Positions 14,761 through 30,729 of a stretch of DNA of 64,000 nucleotides are shown here, one piece after another. The notes beneath the pieces are model-generated. The model had not been told where the DNA came from. It ran no database searches and was given only the letters and a program-made list of their open reading frames with translations. The position numbers and the translations under genes were made by a program. Within the stretch, counting starts at the first letter, position 1; the number at the start of each line of letters is the position of its first letter. Source of the stretch: the human T2T-CHM13v2.0 reference genome, Homo sapiens; assembly GCF_009914755.1 (NCBI RefSeq), contig NC_060933.1. One strand, 5' to 3'.

Positions 14761-16544
14761 TAAATACCCTCTGGAACTTTTGTGAATTATACATTTCCAT
14801 GGTACTAAGTCCCAACTTAGGGGTAAAGTCTTATTTCTCCAAAGTTAAAAATCTCTCTCTTTCTCTTTTACAAAATAGCATTTAGTACTTTTTCTAATTA
14901 TAGAAGTAATACATATTTATTGTAAAACATTTAAAAATATGAAAAAGTAAAAAATAACTCAAAATCTGACTACTCAGAAATAATGAATAGTAGTATTTGA
15001 TGTCTTACAAACCCTTGTGCTCATCATTTATAATTTTTATAACACTTGTATCTTGTTTTTAAAACTTAATATATGGTGTCTACTTTCCAGCATCATTAAA
15101 CGTTCCTCCAGAAATGACTGTTTAATGGGGTTATCTTCATCTTTAACTCGTAGGAAGCAGAAAAGCAGAGCTGGTTTCCTCCTTCCAGAGCTCCTCCAGG
15201 CTGTAGCTGATCCCTTGCATGTTTTAAGGGCTGTGGTGACATTTCCTACTTGGGAAGGGTGTGGTCCTACTCTTATATGGAGGTCCATGACCAAAGTTAC
15301 AATTCAAGGAAACTGACAGCCTGAAACATGTTCTTGAGAGTAGCCTAAGGCCTGTAGGAAAGTGGCCTGTGGGGGACGATTGCCACCCAGCCATGACCCC
15401 ACTCTGATGTCGATTTCTCTCTCTGCTCATCCTTCATGCTTCACTTTTATTTCCTCACTAAATGTTTGCAGCCTTGAGAATGAATGAAAAAAAAAAAAAG
15501 AAAAAGAAAAGAGAGCAGAAATTGGTGTTGCCCAGAAATAGCCTGTTCTATCAGCACTGGAGTCCAATCCTCATTATAGCAGGGCTGATTTTTAACATTC
15601 TTCCTACCCATCTGTGGATGGAGAGCTCTCCTCGAGTTCCAGGTGATGTAGATGAGCATGCAAGGAGCAGCTTCCCTTAAGAGAGTAGCAGGAGGAGGAG
15701 GTGGAGAGCACAGAATTGACTCATCTCCCCCCAACACACTCCACACACTGCCTGGTCCCGTCGCTCCGGGAGACGTGCTGGCGGGCTTTGTGCTATGGGA
15801 AGTCATCCATCTTTCCTGCACAGTGGGGAGGGAAATTGGCATTCCTGTGGCTGTTGTAAATATATCCTTTGCTTTACACAATATAAGAAGGAAGACATTG
15901 TAAGGAAGAAGATGGGTAAAGTTTTGTAATTTAATGTGATGCATTTTTGTGATTAATAATACATGATCTTTGTTATTAATAGATTTGATCAAGAAAACAG
16001 AACTGCTCGGAGTCCTGTGGAATTAGGGTTTGGTTTTTTCTTTTCTTTCCTTTTTTTTCTGTCAAGAATTGGACCTTGAACAATTGGTCTGGGAGGGTCT
16101 GGTTGGAGGCTCAGACAATTAGAGCAGAGAATTGTTCTCAGACAATTAGAGCAGAGCAGAGTTATGGGGAAGAAGTCCATACTCTGGATTGCTCGGTTGC
16201 TGGAATTCAGCCTGAAGTCACTGTCAGATCATTTGCAGAGTGGAGAACAAGGAGCCCTTGAGAGGGGGAAACCTGGGGGCTCCCAAGAACACTCTGGGAC
16301 CCACAAAGGCAAAGTGGGCACCCGCACTTCTCTCTTACTGCATCTGATCCAGAGACCTGCAGAAGAAAGTGGAGTGCTTGGCCAAGGGCCAGCCTGCTAA
16401 CCTGGCCCAGGACCCAGAGAAACTCAGGAGTCAGGCAGCAACTGGAGGAGCCTAGAGCCTATCCAGTTGCTGGCCTGCACCATGAGATGAGCTACCAGAA
16501 CAGCAACCAGCTTTCAGAAGCACAGGGCAGCGGCCTCTGTTCTT

Positions 16545-16660
16545 TAATTAGTAAGACATGTTTCATAGGGCTGTTGGGAGCTTGAATAAAATAAGTGCTT
16601 ACAACGTTGTGATGCCTGGAAAGTAGATAATGCTTAATAAATATATGTTACTTATTATTA
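16545..16660 (+). mobile_element. MIR fragment
   Basis: ttcatagggctgttggga..aagtgcttaca..gcctgg..agta..tgcttaataaat..ttattattatt. Confidence 0.65.
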
Positions 16661-17309
16661 TTTAATTTGGGAGGCAATGGGGAGTGTTGAGTGTTCATGA
16701 GAAAAGAGAGGCTGAGATTAAAGCTGTTTAACATTATTTTGCTTCATTACATAGAATTCATTAATATTTGCTGTGCAATTTGATTAATGTTCAAGAAATA
16801 GACCACAAGTTGAAGGGATGGTCATGTGCTAGAAATGATAACTGCAAAACAGTCAACTCTAAGACCCTCCTGTGAAGTTGGTCAATGTCGAGGATGAGAA
16901 GGAATGGCTTGGCTTCCAGACAGAAAACCAAAGTCACCAAAAGTTGGAAAAGTGAGTCTGATTTCAGGTTCCTTAAGAAAATATCTCTTTAAAGAGATGT
17001 TAGAAATTGAATCAGGGATTCTATGGTTGGTCAGCAAGCATATGGTGCTGTTTGACATTTTCCAATACGTAAGTCACATGAATGAACCTTTTTGAAAATA
17101 CTACTGGAATGAAAAATGGAGTCAAGAGCTTAATGAAAATAATAAACTTGGCAATGGTAGAGTTTGTATGAAGGGATGGGATAGGTGTGGGCTGGTGGTG
17201 ATTTACTTCACATAGAAAGAACTAAGTTTAAATCATTGGGACTAAGATTCTGTTTGAAGATTTACCAAGCAGCCCACAAGTTTAGTTTTGCAATAAATCT
17301 GTGCGGTTG

Positions 17310-17430
17310 GTTTATCCCCATTTCACAGGTCAGGAGAAACTGAGGCATAGAGTGGTTAAGCCACTTGACAAGGTCCCACATTAGTCCTTAGTGAGTCTGA
17401 TGCAGACACGTCAACTAGAGGTCAGTTTTC
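17310..17430 (-). mobile_element. MIR fragment
   Basis: tatccccatttcacag...gaaactgaggcatagagtggttaagccacttgacaaggtcccaca. Confidence 0.7.
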
Positions 17431-17639
17431 CTGCCCCCAGCAGAATGTCAGTGTCATGCACGTGGATGGTGTAAAATGGTCTAATGTAAGTCACCCAATT
17501 TAGATATTAGGGGTGGGGAGGATGGGATAGGCTCAGAAATGATCTGATGGACTCACATTTGATAATAAAAAATGATAGAGATGAGATTGTCTAAACTTTG
17601 CAAATCAGAAATAGTTTACAGTAGATTACTTATAGTTAT

Positions 17640-18430
17640 AAAAGTGACTATGAGAAAGAAAACTTGAGGAAACACCCGGACACACACACATATAGTATGC
17701 AAAGCTGAATTAAATCCCACCCAGATTTTCTTTTTTGGGGTGCCAAAATATTGTTTATAGAGAAATGCACATAGTCACTGAATATCTAAAAAGATGAGGA
17801 TCCACTTTAAAATTTCAACAACTGGAAATTAAGGACACATGATATAGTGTGGGTGGGATATACTTCAGAACATTTTTGGAAAAGCATTCTTCGATAGCTA
17901 TCAAAGTTAAGAATGCATACAACTTTAATTCTGCAGATTTGATGATTTAAGATATACTTGAAATATATTTGACTTGGTCAAATCCCTCTCCCCCTAAAAT
18001 CATGTATTTAAGTATAAGGGTGTACTTTGCATCACTGTTTGAAAATTAAAATTATAGAAACAATATAAATGTCCATCTCTAAGAGTCTGATTAAATACAT
18101 TTTTATATACATAAAAAATGTTAGGCCACATTTTTAAAAAAGGGTATAGAGATCTATTTGTACTCATTTGGAAAATACTTAAGATATATTATCAATTAAA
18201 TTAGAAAGCTGGATAGTACGGATTATATATGAGCGTGTACTTATTTAATTCTATAAAGATATGTATATGTAAGTGTTTGTATAATTGTGTATTTTATAAA
18301 AAGACACATAAGAAAATGTTAATGACACTTTCACCTGGGAGGAAAAGAAAATTTCGTCTTTCACTTTACAATATTCTGCACTTTTTCAATTTTTGACGAG
18401 TATTTACAACTTTTAAAATCAGTAATAGCA
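17640..18430 (+). mobile_element. L1ME-like 3' fragment
   Basis: A-rich; tttggaaaagca, gcatcactgttt, aaacaatataaatgtccatc, aagatatatt; degraded. Confidence 0.5.
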
Positions 18431-19556
18431 AAAATAGTAGGAAAAATATAAACTGTATGGGAATGATCAACATAAGTGGAGTTTTCACTCCATACCCATT
18501 GTCATTGTAGCTGCCCACTCTGAAGTTTTATGTATTTTTCTTCCACACCTTTTTTGTATGCACATTAAATATCTATCTATTCATCCATCTACCTGTCTTC
18601 ATCATCATCATCTATGCTATAATAGGATGATACTACACATGTTGTATGACAACCTGTTTCTTTCAAAGAAAAAAGTACCTTGAATATATTCCCAGTCAAT
18701 TCAAGCACATCTGTCTCATCTACTTCAATGTCTGCCTGGGATTTTCAATATGATTTTAGGAACACATATTCTTGGAACATTAGAAAACTTGCTCAATAAG
18801 AGAGTGATGAATGGTGTGCAATTGGTTTCTTATGCGAATGGGATGCTGATACCAGGCTCTAAGGAGTGGAGAGGTGGTCTGAGTCATGCTGGAGACCCTG
18901 TTACCCGACACTTCCCAGCTGCTCAGAGTGGAAGATCCCAGGGATATCTCCCCTGTTGGATCTCCCAATGTCTCTTCATAGTCTTCCCTAGAGCCATTTA
19001 GGAGGGTAGGAGGAAGGGGGCGAACTGGAGGAGGAAACAGCTGTTAGCTCAATGCTGGGAAAGCCTTTCTCAGAGTCCTCCTGCCTACTCTGGGGAAGGT
19101 GGGGAGGGGTTAACGGGACAGAGACCTAGAGGGAGAAGACTGACTTTGTAGCCACTGGAGGGTTAATATTGCCTTGGGGAGAAGCTTTAGCTGCTTTAGC
19201 ACTTCTATCTGCTGCTATCCACCATGCAGCTGACAAGGGCAAGAGCTAGGTCATTGTTCCTGCAGAGCTTGTGACAGTGGGCAGACTCTGCCCTGGGTGC
19301 CCAGGCTCCCAAGAGGAGACTTGCAAATTGTATGCTTCCATGTAACCTACACTGCACTAGGAAGTTACACCCACATGTCTGATGGGAACGGCCATGTGGC
19401 AGAAATCCCCTAGGAGACCTGTCCCCTTCTCAGGTTGGAACAGGTGCAAGTTCAGCAGGCTCCCCTTTTCTGAGGTTCACGCCTTTTCTGTCCATCCCAA
19501 TATTTCTTCCTTTTGGGGTCATTTTAGCACTTTTACTAGTTCTTGCTTTAAAGTTT

Positions 19557-19726
19557 TAATTTTTTTATTTTTTAGTTATTACGGATAACTAATAGTTGTA
19601 CATATTTATGGGGACATGCAATATTTTAATACAAGAATATAATGTGTAGGGATAAGTTCAGTGTAATTGAGATATCCATCACCTCAAATATTTATCATTT
19701 CTTTGTGTTAAGAACATTCCAATTCT
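19557..19726 (-). mobile_element. L1MA-type 3' terminus (host of the L1PA; continues at 23699)
   Basis: aatagttgtacatatttatgggg..atatccatcacctcaaatatttatcatttctttgtgttaagaacattccaattct. Confidence 0.85.
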
Positions 19727-19739
19727 GATGAGGGCTTTC

Positions 19740-19749
19740 CAAGATGGCC
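19740..19749 (+). promoter_or_regulatory. L1 5'UTR YY1-binding motif
   Basis: CAAGATGGCC at the canonical position near the L1 5' end. Confidence 0.7.
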
Positions 19750-20255
19750 AAATAGGAACAGCTCTGGTCTGCAGCTCCCAGCGTGATTGATGCAGAAGAT
19801 GGGTGATTTCTGCACTTCCACTGAGCTCTGAAGAGAGCAGTGGTTCTCCAAGGACAGCATTTGAGCTCTGAGAATGGACAGACTGCCTCCTTAAGTGGGT
19901 CCCTGACCCCCATGTAGCCTAACTGGGAGATACCTCCCAGTAGGGGCCGACAGACACTTCATATAGGTGGCTACCCCTCTGGGATGAAGCTTCCAGAGGA
20001 AGGATCAGGCAGCAATATTTGCTGTTCTGCAATATTTGCTGTTCTGCAGCCTCCACTGGTGATACCCAGGCAAACGGTGTCTGGAGTGGAACTCCAGCAA
20101 ACTCCAACAGACCTGAAGCTGGGGGACCTGACTGTTAGAAGGAAAACTAACAAACAGTAAGGAATAGCATCAACATCAACAAAAAGGTCATTGACACCAA
20201 AACCCCATCTGTGGGTCACCAGCATCAAAGACCAAAGATAGATAAAACCACAAAG

Positions 20256-21272
20256 ATGGGGAGAAACCAGAGCAGAAAAGCTGAAAATTCTAAAAATCAG
20301 AGTGTCCCTTCTCCAACGGATTGCAGCTCCTTGCCAGCAACAGAACAAAGCTAGACGGAGAATGACTTTGATGAGTTGACAGAAGTAGGCTTCAAAAGGT
20401 CGGTAACAACAAACTTCTCTGAGCTAAAAGCGGATGTTTGAACCCATTACAAGGAAGCTAAAAACCTTGAAAAAAGATTAGACGAATGGCTAACTGGAAT
20501 AAACAGCATAGAGAAGACCTTAAATGACCTGATGGAGCTGAAAACCACGGCATGAGAACTTCTTGATGCATGTACAAGCTTCAATAGCCGATTCAATCGG
20601 AAAGGGTATCAGTGATTAAAGGTCAAATTAATAAAATAAAGTGAGAAAACAAAGTTCGAGAAAAAAGAGTAAAAAGAAATGAACAAAGCCTCCAAGAAAT
20701 ATGGGACTATGTGAAAAGACCAAATCTATGTTTGATTGGTGTACTTGAAAGTGATGGGGAGAATGGAACCAAGATGAAAAACACTCTTCAGGATATTATC
20801 CAGGAGAACTTCCCCAAAATAGCAAGGCAGGCCAACATTCAAATTCAGGAAATACAAAGAACACCACAAAGATACTCCTTGAGAAGAGCAACCCCAAGAC
20901 ACATAATTGTCAGATTCACGAAGGTTGAAATGAAGGAAAAAATGTTAAGGGTAGCCAGAGAGAAAGGTCAAGTTACCCACAAAGGGAAGCCCATCAGATT
21001 AACAGTGGATCTCTCAGCAGAAACCCTACAAGCAAGAAAAGTGTGGGGGCCAATATTCAACATTCTTAAAGAAAAGAATTTTCAGCCCAGAATTTCATAT
21101 CCAGCCAAACTAAGCTTCATAAGTGAAGGATAAATACAATCCTTTACAGACAAGCAAATGCTGAGAGATTTTGTCACCACCAGGCCTGCCTTACAAGACC
21201 TCCTGAAGGAAGCAATAAACATGGAAAGGATCAAATGGTACCAGCCACTGCAGAAACAGGCCAAATTTTTAA
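20256..21272 (+). pseudogene. disrupted L1 ORF1p
   Basis: ATG in caaagATGgggagaaaccagagc; fragment 20711-21133 reads ..RPNLCLIGV..QENFP..RATPRHIIVRF..KPIRLTVDLSAETLQAR..FQPRISYPAKLSF; internal stops and indels. Confidence 0.9.
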
Positions 21273-21335
21273 AGACCATCGATGCTATGAAGAAACTGCA
21301 TCAATTAATGGGCAAAATAACCAGAGAACATCATA

Positions 21336-23698
<2,363 letters not shown>

Positions 23699-24837
23699 GA
23701 ACTATTTATTCATTCTATTTAACTGTATCTCAGCATCCATTAACCATACCCTCTTCTTCCCCCTCCCCACTACCCTTTCCAGCCTCTAGTAACAATCATT
23801 CTGCTATCTCTAGGAGTTCTAGGAGTTTATATTTTTTTAGTTCCCACATATGAGTGAGAACATGCAATATTTGTCTTCTGTGCTTAGCTTATTTCACTTA
23901 ACATAATGACCTCCAGTTTCATTATGTTATTGCAAATGATAGGATTTGATAGAATTCCATTTTATATGGCCAATATTCCATTGTGTATACATACCACATT
24001 TTCTTTATCTGTCCATCCATTGATGGGAAGTTAGGTTGATTCCATATCTTGGCTACTGTGAATAGTCCTGCAATGAACAGGGGAGTGCAGATATTTCTCT
24101 GATATACTGATTTCCTTTCTTTTGGCTGTATACCCAGCAGTGAGACTAATGGGTCAGGCAGTAGCTCTCTTTTTACATTTTTGAGGAACTCCATGCTGTT
24201 CTCCAGAGTGGCTGCACTAATTTTCATTCCCACCAAGAGTGTACAAGGGTTCCCCTTTCTCCAAGCCCTCGCCAGCATCTGTTATTTCCTGTCTTTTGGA
24301 TAAAAGCCATTTTTACTGGAGTGAGATGATAACTCATTGTAGTATTGATTTGCATTTCTCTGATGATTAGTAATGTTGAATATTTTTTCATTTACCTGTT
24401 GGCCAGTTGTATGTCTATTCAGATCTTTTGTCCATTTTTAAATTGGGTTACTTGTTTTTTTCCTAGGAGTTGTTTGAGCTCCTTATATACTCTGGTTATT
24501 AATTCCTTGTCAGATGGGTAGTTTGCAGACATTTTCTTCCAGGCATTGTTTATTGTCTCTTCATTTTGTTGATTGTGTCCTTTGCTGTGCAAAAGCATTT
24601 TAACTTGATGTGATTCCATTTGTTCTTTTTATCTTTGGTTGCCCATGCTTTTGAAGTCTTACTCAAGAAATCTTTGCCCAGACCAATGTTCTGGAGTGTT
24701 TCCTCAAGGTTTGTTTTAGAAGTTTCATAGTTTCAGGTCTTAGATGTAAGTCTAATCCATTTTGATTTGATCTTTGTATATAGTGAGAGATAGGGGTCTA
24801 TTTGCATGTTCTTCTGCATATAGACATCCAGTTTTCC
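23699..24837 (-). mobile_element. L1MA-type 3'UTR/ORF2 end (continuation of 19557-19726)
   Basis: cccacatatgagtgagaacatgcaatatttgtc..ttatttcacttaacataatgacctccagt; minus-strand ORF 23922-24278 resembles the ORF2 C-terminus (ICTPLFIAGLFTVAKIWNQP). Confidence 0.9.
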
Positions 24838-26036
24838 TTTATCTTTGCCTTATCGGCTCTAAGCATAATTCTTTTCTCAGCGAATCGGCTCTGATTTTAC
24901 ATTCTGTTGGGAAGGAAGAGAGTGAGAGACAGTTGTGGCTGGGAGTCAGAAGGGCCCCATGGCAGGGGAGCTGAGGGTGCCATGGAGGAGAACAGAAGGG
25001 CTAAAATCCCCCTCCCGGGGCCCTCCATGGAAAGGGGAGGAGGCGAGCTGCCTGCCAGGGCTCCAGCCTGCTGTCAACCTGCCCTCCTGACTGCTGGGGG
25101 AGCTGGACCACTTCACTCCTTTGCCCTCATTTCCACCTCCTGCAAGGGCTTGTAACCAAGTACTGTAGGTGGCTTCAAGATGACAGGACTGTGTTGCTTG
25201 TTTGTCACTAGGTTGGTGGCTGCATGGTTGTCCAGTGTCTGATACCACTGTTCATCCTGCGATGGCTGAGTTAGCTTCCTTTGGTTCTACAGTCAGAATC
25301 ATTTCTGCAAACACACCAAGACTTCTTCTGTCATCCCATATTGTGTGGCCAAATGGGTCATGTGGAAAGAATGAACTGGAGTAAAGCAAGTGCATTCTGA
25401 CCACACTCTCATGCAGTACTAGGAGGGTGATTGTGTAGTCTGAGGAAATGCTGAGACATTTGATGTTAGTCAAGAGCACTAACTGCTGAAGGACTCCCGA
25501 GGGCCAGTGGTGATTGCTCCCTCCCCACAAGCTCTGGCCCGCCATCTTTCACACATGCCTTTTGAGGACACGTGAGGAGCAAAGGGCAGGGGGCTCGTGT
25601 GGAGGCTCTGGAAGGACTGGTCCTCAGGGTGGCCAGCATCACAATCATGCACATTCCAGCCTGCAGAGGAAGCAGGGAGGGTGGCCAGCTCTGCATCCAG
25701 GAGAAGGGCAATTGATCTGATGAATAGTGCCTTGTCCTATGTAGATTCGGAAGATGTGGGTTAATTCTGGTTCAGCCCCTGTATTTGGGCTGTGTTACCT
25801 TGCCAGGCCTTATTTCCTGGGCTTCCAAAAGTGGACTGGAGAGCCCTCAGGATCTTTCCAGATTCCTCTGTCTGTAAGTGCTCATTCTTGCATGGCAGAA
25901 TTGCTCTTCAAAAGTCACAGACCAGGTTTATTAATCCAGCGTGGCCTCAGAATCATAGCAGCCTGAACATGCTGCCGTAGGCGAGGAGCATCTGAAAGAA
26001 GCATGACTACATTGTCCCTAATAGTAAAGAAACTCA

Positions 26037-26342
<306 letters not shown>

Positions 26343-27104
26343 TCAGCTGCTCAGTGGCAGGGCTAGCTGTACAGTACCCTGAGGATGCACTTGCCACTCC
26401 ACAGCCTCAAGGTGACCAGCATAGTGTCTGAAGAAGTTTCGTGCAGAAAAAGTGAGTGACATGAATAAGGATACCTGCCCTTTCACTACTCTCATCCCAT
26501 TAAAAATTGGGAGGTGTTTGCAGTTCACACCTGGTCATGGGAGAGTAATGTCCTCTGTTCACCAGGACCAAAAAGTAGCAGGCACCTTCCAGTGTAGAAA
26601 TGAGTCGTTTGTTTTGGGTGGTATATACTTATACTAATTGCTTTCTTTTTTCAAAGGTAATATATTTTTATTGCAGCTATGTTTTCATAAATACATACAG
26701 GCAAAAAAGAGAAAATAACAATATAATCCAACCCCCTAGTTTTTCTGTGCATATATATCAGTGATTGCTTTCGCCCAAGATATATTTTCTTTTATATTTT
26801 GAATTATAAAACTAACATACAGCTGTGGAAATAGTGTAAATGATACAGGGATATAAGGGAGCATTAATGAATATTAATATACTGTATTTCAAACTTGCTA
26901 AGGGTACCAAAGTCAACAGGTTGGTGTGAACCTTCCGCAGATCTTCTATTCTTACCCCAAAGAAAGCATTTCTATCTCTCTATATGTGTTGCATGTAGAG
27001 TCACACAGAGATATTAGAGATGTCTGCTTTTTATGTTTTCACAAAATAGAGGATTTTGATATACATTGTTCTAAGAATTTTTTCCCATTAAAAAATATTG
27101 CTGA

Positions 27105-27373
<269 letters not shown>

Positions 27374-27897
27374 TGAGGAAATATTTCTAATTCAATCCAT
27401 ATATGCCTTCTTTACTTTTTTTTTAAATTTTTTTTTTTTACTAATTATGTAATCTCTTATGACATAGATTGGGCATGTCATAATTCACTCACCTGTCTTC
27501 TGTAGGGGCGGGCACTTAGTTGCTGCCAGGGTCTTGCTATCAACAGCATTAATGCAATTACCATTCTTATTTATTCATTATAAATAGCCACTTGTATTTC
27601 TGTGGCAGAACTTTCTGGAGGTAAGACTGCTAGGTCTTCTGACTATTAAATTCTGTCTAATTCCTGAAAAGTTACAATAATTGTCTTTCCCATAATAATG
27701 TGAGAGACCTGTTTTCCCACACTCCCACCAACCATAGCTTGTTACAATGTTGAAAATTTTTTATGCACTGATTAACAAAAAATGATGTGTGGTTGCTGTT
27801 TTATTTTGAATTTCCTTGCACAGGTTAATTGGTCATCAGCCTGTCTATTATCTGTGAATTTGCATGTCACTCTCCTCTGGCTGCCTTTCCTTATTAA

Positions 27898-28265
<368 letters not shown>

Positions 28266-28436
28266 CAGTCTAGCTTTTTAATATAAATTTCATTATGTTT
28301 TGATGTTAATAATTATTAAATTTGAAACTTTTTGAAAGTATTTTAAATTATTTAAAATATTAAAATTTTAAATGTAAAATATTGTCGATTATTTCCTACA
28401 TGGTTTATGGGTTTCCAGTCATGTTTAGGAAGGTCC

Positions 28437-29420
28437 CCTCTGACTGCTTTTTCTCTCTGCTGTCCCACACCACTCACCACTCACTTCTGACCTCAGATGT
28501 TGGGTGGGGGGTTTCCCACACACCAACCAGTTTTCTAGTGGGCACCAGCTGGGTGTTCTATAATTCAGTTCTGACATGACCTGCCTGGAGATAATGATGG
28601 CTCAGTCCCACAAGACTCCCCCCGCTTCAGATCCCAGCCTATACTGAATGACTGACTATAAATTGGGGTTCCCACAATTGCCACCTCCTTGGCCTCCATT
28701 AATTTGCTAGAGCAGCTCATGGAACTCAGGGAAATGTTTTACCGACATTTACCCATTTATTATAGAGATAGTAAAAAGGATACAGATGAAGAGATGCATG
28801 GGCTGAGGCATGGGGGAGAGTGTGGAGCTTCCATGCCCTTTCCAGGTGCCACCCCCAGGAACCTGTGTGTGTTCTGCTAGCCACAAGCTCTCTGAGCCCT
28901 GTCCTTTGAGGCTTCATTACATAGGCATGATTCCTTAAGGGTGTCCAAACTTTTGGCTTCCCTGGGCCACATTGGAAGAAGAATTGTCTTAGGCCACACA
29001 TAAAATACACTAACACTAATGATAGCTGATGAACTAAAAACCAAACAAACAAACAAACAAAAACTCATAAAAAAGTTTACGAATTTGTGTTGGGCTGCAT
29101 TCAAAGCTATCCTGGGCCACATTTGGCCCATGGGGTGGACAAGCTTGGATTAAACCACTGGTCATGGGTGATAAACTCAACCTTCACTCAGAGGTTGGGT
29201 GAGACTGAAGGTCCCAATTCTCTAATGATGGCTTGGCCTTTCTCCTTTCTCAAGAGCAGCCTCATCCTGAAGCTATCTAGGGTCCCCCAGCTACCAGTGC
29301 TCTCATTAACACACAAAAGACATTCTTATCACTCTGGAGATGCCAAAGGTTTTAGGAGCGTGTGCCAGAAACCAGGGCAGAGACGAAATATATGTTTCTC
29401 ACATAGATCACAACATCACA
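28437..29420 (-). mobile_element. MER21-type LTR, split by MER30
   Basis: cacttctgacc..caccagctgggtgt..aattcagttctgaca..ggctcagtcccacaagact..attaatttgctagagcagctca..ggaactcagggaaa; orientation uncertain. Confidence 0.7.
28938..29148 (+). mobile_element. MER30 hAT-Charlie MITE
   Basis: gggtgtccaa..ttttggcttccctgggccacattggaagaagaattgtctt..gggctgcattcaaagc..ggacaagcttg. Confidence 0.88.
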
Positions 29421-30729
29421 CGCCATTACGGTGTATTTTAAAAATGTAGATTGTCACTCCTAGCTCCCCCTGTGTCTCTGTGACATCTACGTGCATCTGC
29501 ACAAGGACAGCAGGACTCTGAAGGGCAGGGCCCTGGATGATTGTTCTCACTGTAGCCCCCTCCCCCGCAATCAGGAGTGACCTCATTTCTTTTGAATTTT
29601 CTTTCTGCAGGACCAAGTTCCTGGGTGTGGCTGCTCTTTTCCACTCTTGAATTCTTCTAGGGTTTGCATAAATAAAAAAATTCATGGAGCAGGTTCCTGT
29701 ACTAAGGCTGCTTGGAAAATTCATGGACTTTTTTGGGAAAGCAATCTTTTTTTTTTCTAAATAAGGAGAAAATACCAGAATGATTAATCCAGGTGAGGTC
29801 TCACATAATCTGTGAATTAATTCTTTCCCATTTCTCTTTTATTTGGTAGTAGTGTGGACTTGTTGATAACATGAATTCAAGTCTGGATTCCTTTTGCATT
29901 CTGCCACAAATATCCTCTACTAAATAAAAGGTTTTCAGTGGTGTCTGAGCCCCTTTTCATTTCATGTAAAATGACAGGATTGGATTGGATGACTCGAGGT
30001 CCCTTCCACATCAGCTCTCCCGTCATGCCAGAATTATCCACCATTGCACCACCCCTTCACTCCTGGCCCTGACCCTAAAAACAAAGGGGATTTGTCAGAA
30101 AGGGCAGGGATTTATCAGTGTTTTTCTTGTGAGATAACATGCACAGCTGTAGAAAACCTTCACTATTCTCCACCATCTGTGGTTGGAAAAACTTGATCAG
30201 TAGTTAAGATTTTTAAAATTAAAATATCCCCTTAACCTGCTGTGATATGATCTACAGTAACAAGCTAGCCTTTAGAAATTCTCCTACAATGGCCAGGTAG
30301 AGGATTGGCTTGGTCAGAGCAGGGCACAGCTCCATTCTGGCTGTTGACTCAGAGCCTCTCTCTAGGGTCCTCAGACAGCGTGCTGTCAATCAACTTCAGC
30401 AGGATCACTGACACTAGCCATGATTTATTGGACTTAGCATTCATTATGTCTTTTTTTTTCCCTTATTCACTCAATTTTTGCCCCAACTAGTTTTCAAGTT
30501 AGGTAACCACCATAAACAGTTTGTAGTTTTTTCCTGTCATACCTTAAATTCCTTAAAAATGCAATTGTGAAGTATTCGATTTGTTCCAAGTACTATACAA
30601 ATATTCTTACATGCTATGAATGTGTAAGCGTAACATGCAAATGTAGCTATGTTATGGTTACAAATCTTATAGAAATATCACTGCTGAGGTATAAGATGAG
30701 ACTAATACCATAAATATATGCCATGACCC

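Noticed and set aside
15447-15992. 181-aa minus-strand ORF
   Set aside because: No recognisable domain, includes a poly(T)-derived Phe run and has no clear exon structure.
20012-20049. 17-bp tandem repeat gcaatatttgctgttct in the L1 5'UTR
   Set aside because: I recall this duplication in other L1PA5/6-age copies, so it is likely a subfamily trait rather than locus-specific.
19971-20348. 125-aa antisense ORF in the L1 5'UTR as possible ORF0
   Set aside because: ORF0 lies in the part of the 5'UTR removed by the splice. This is a generic antisense L1 frame.
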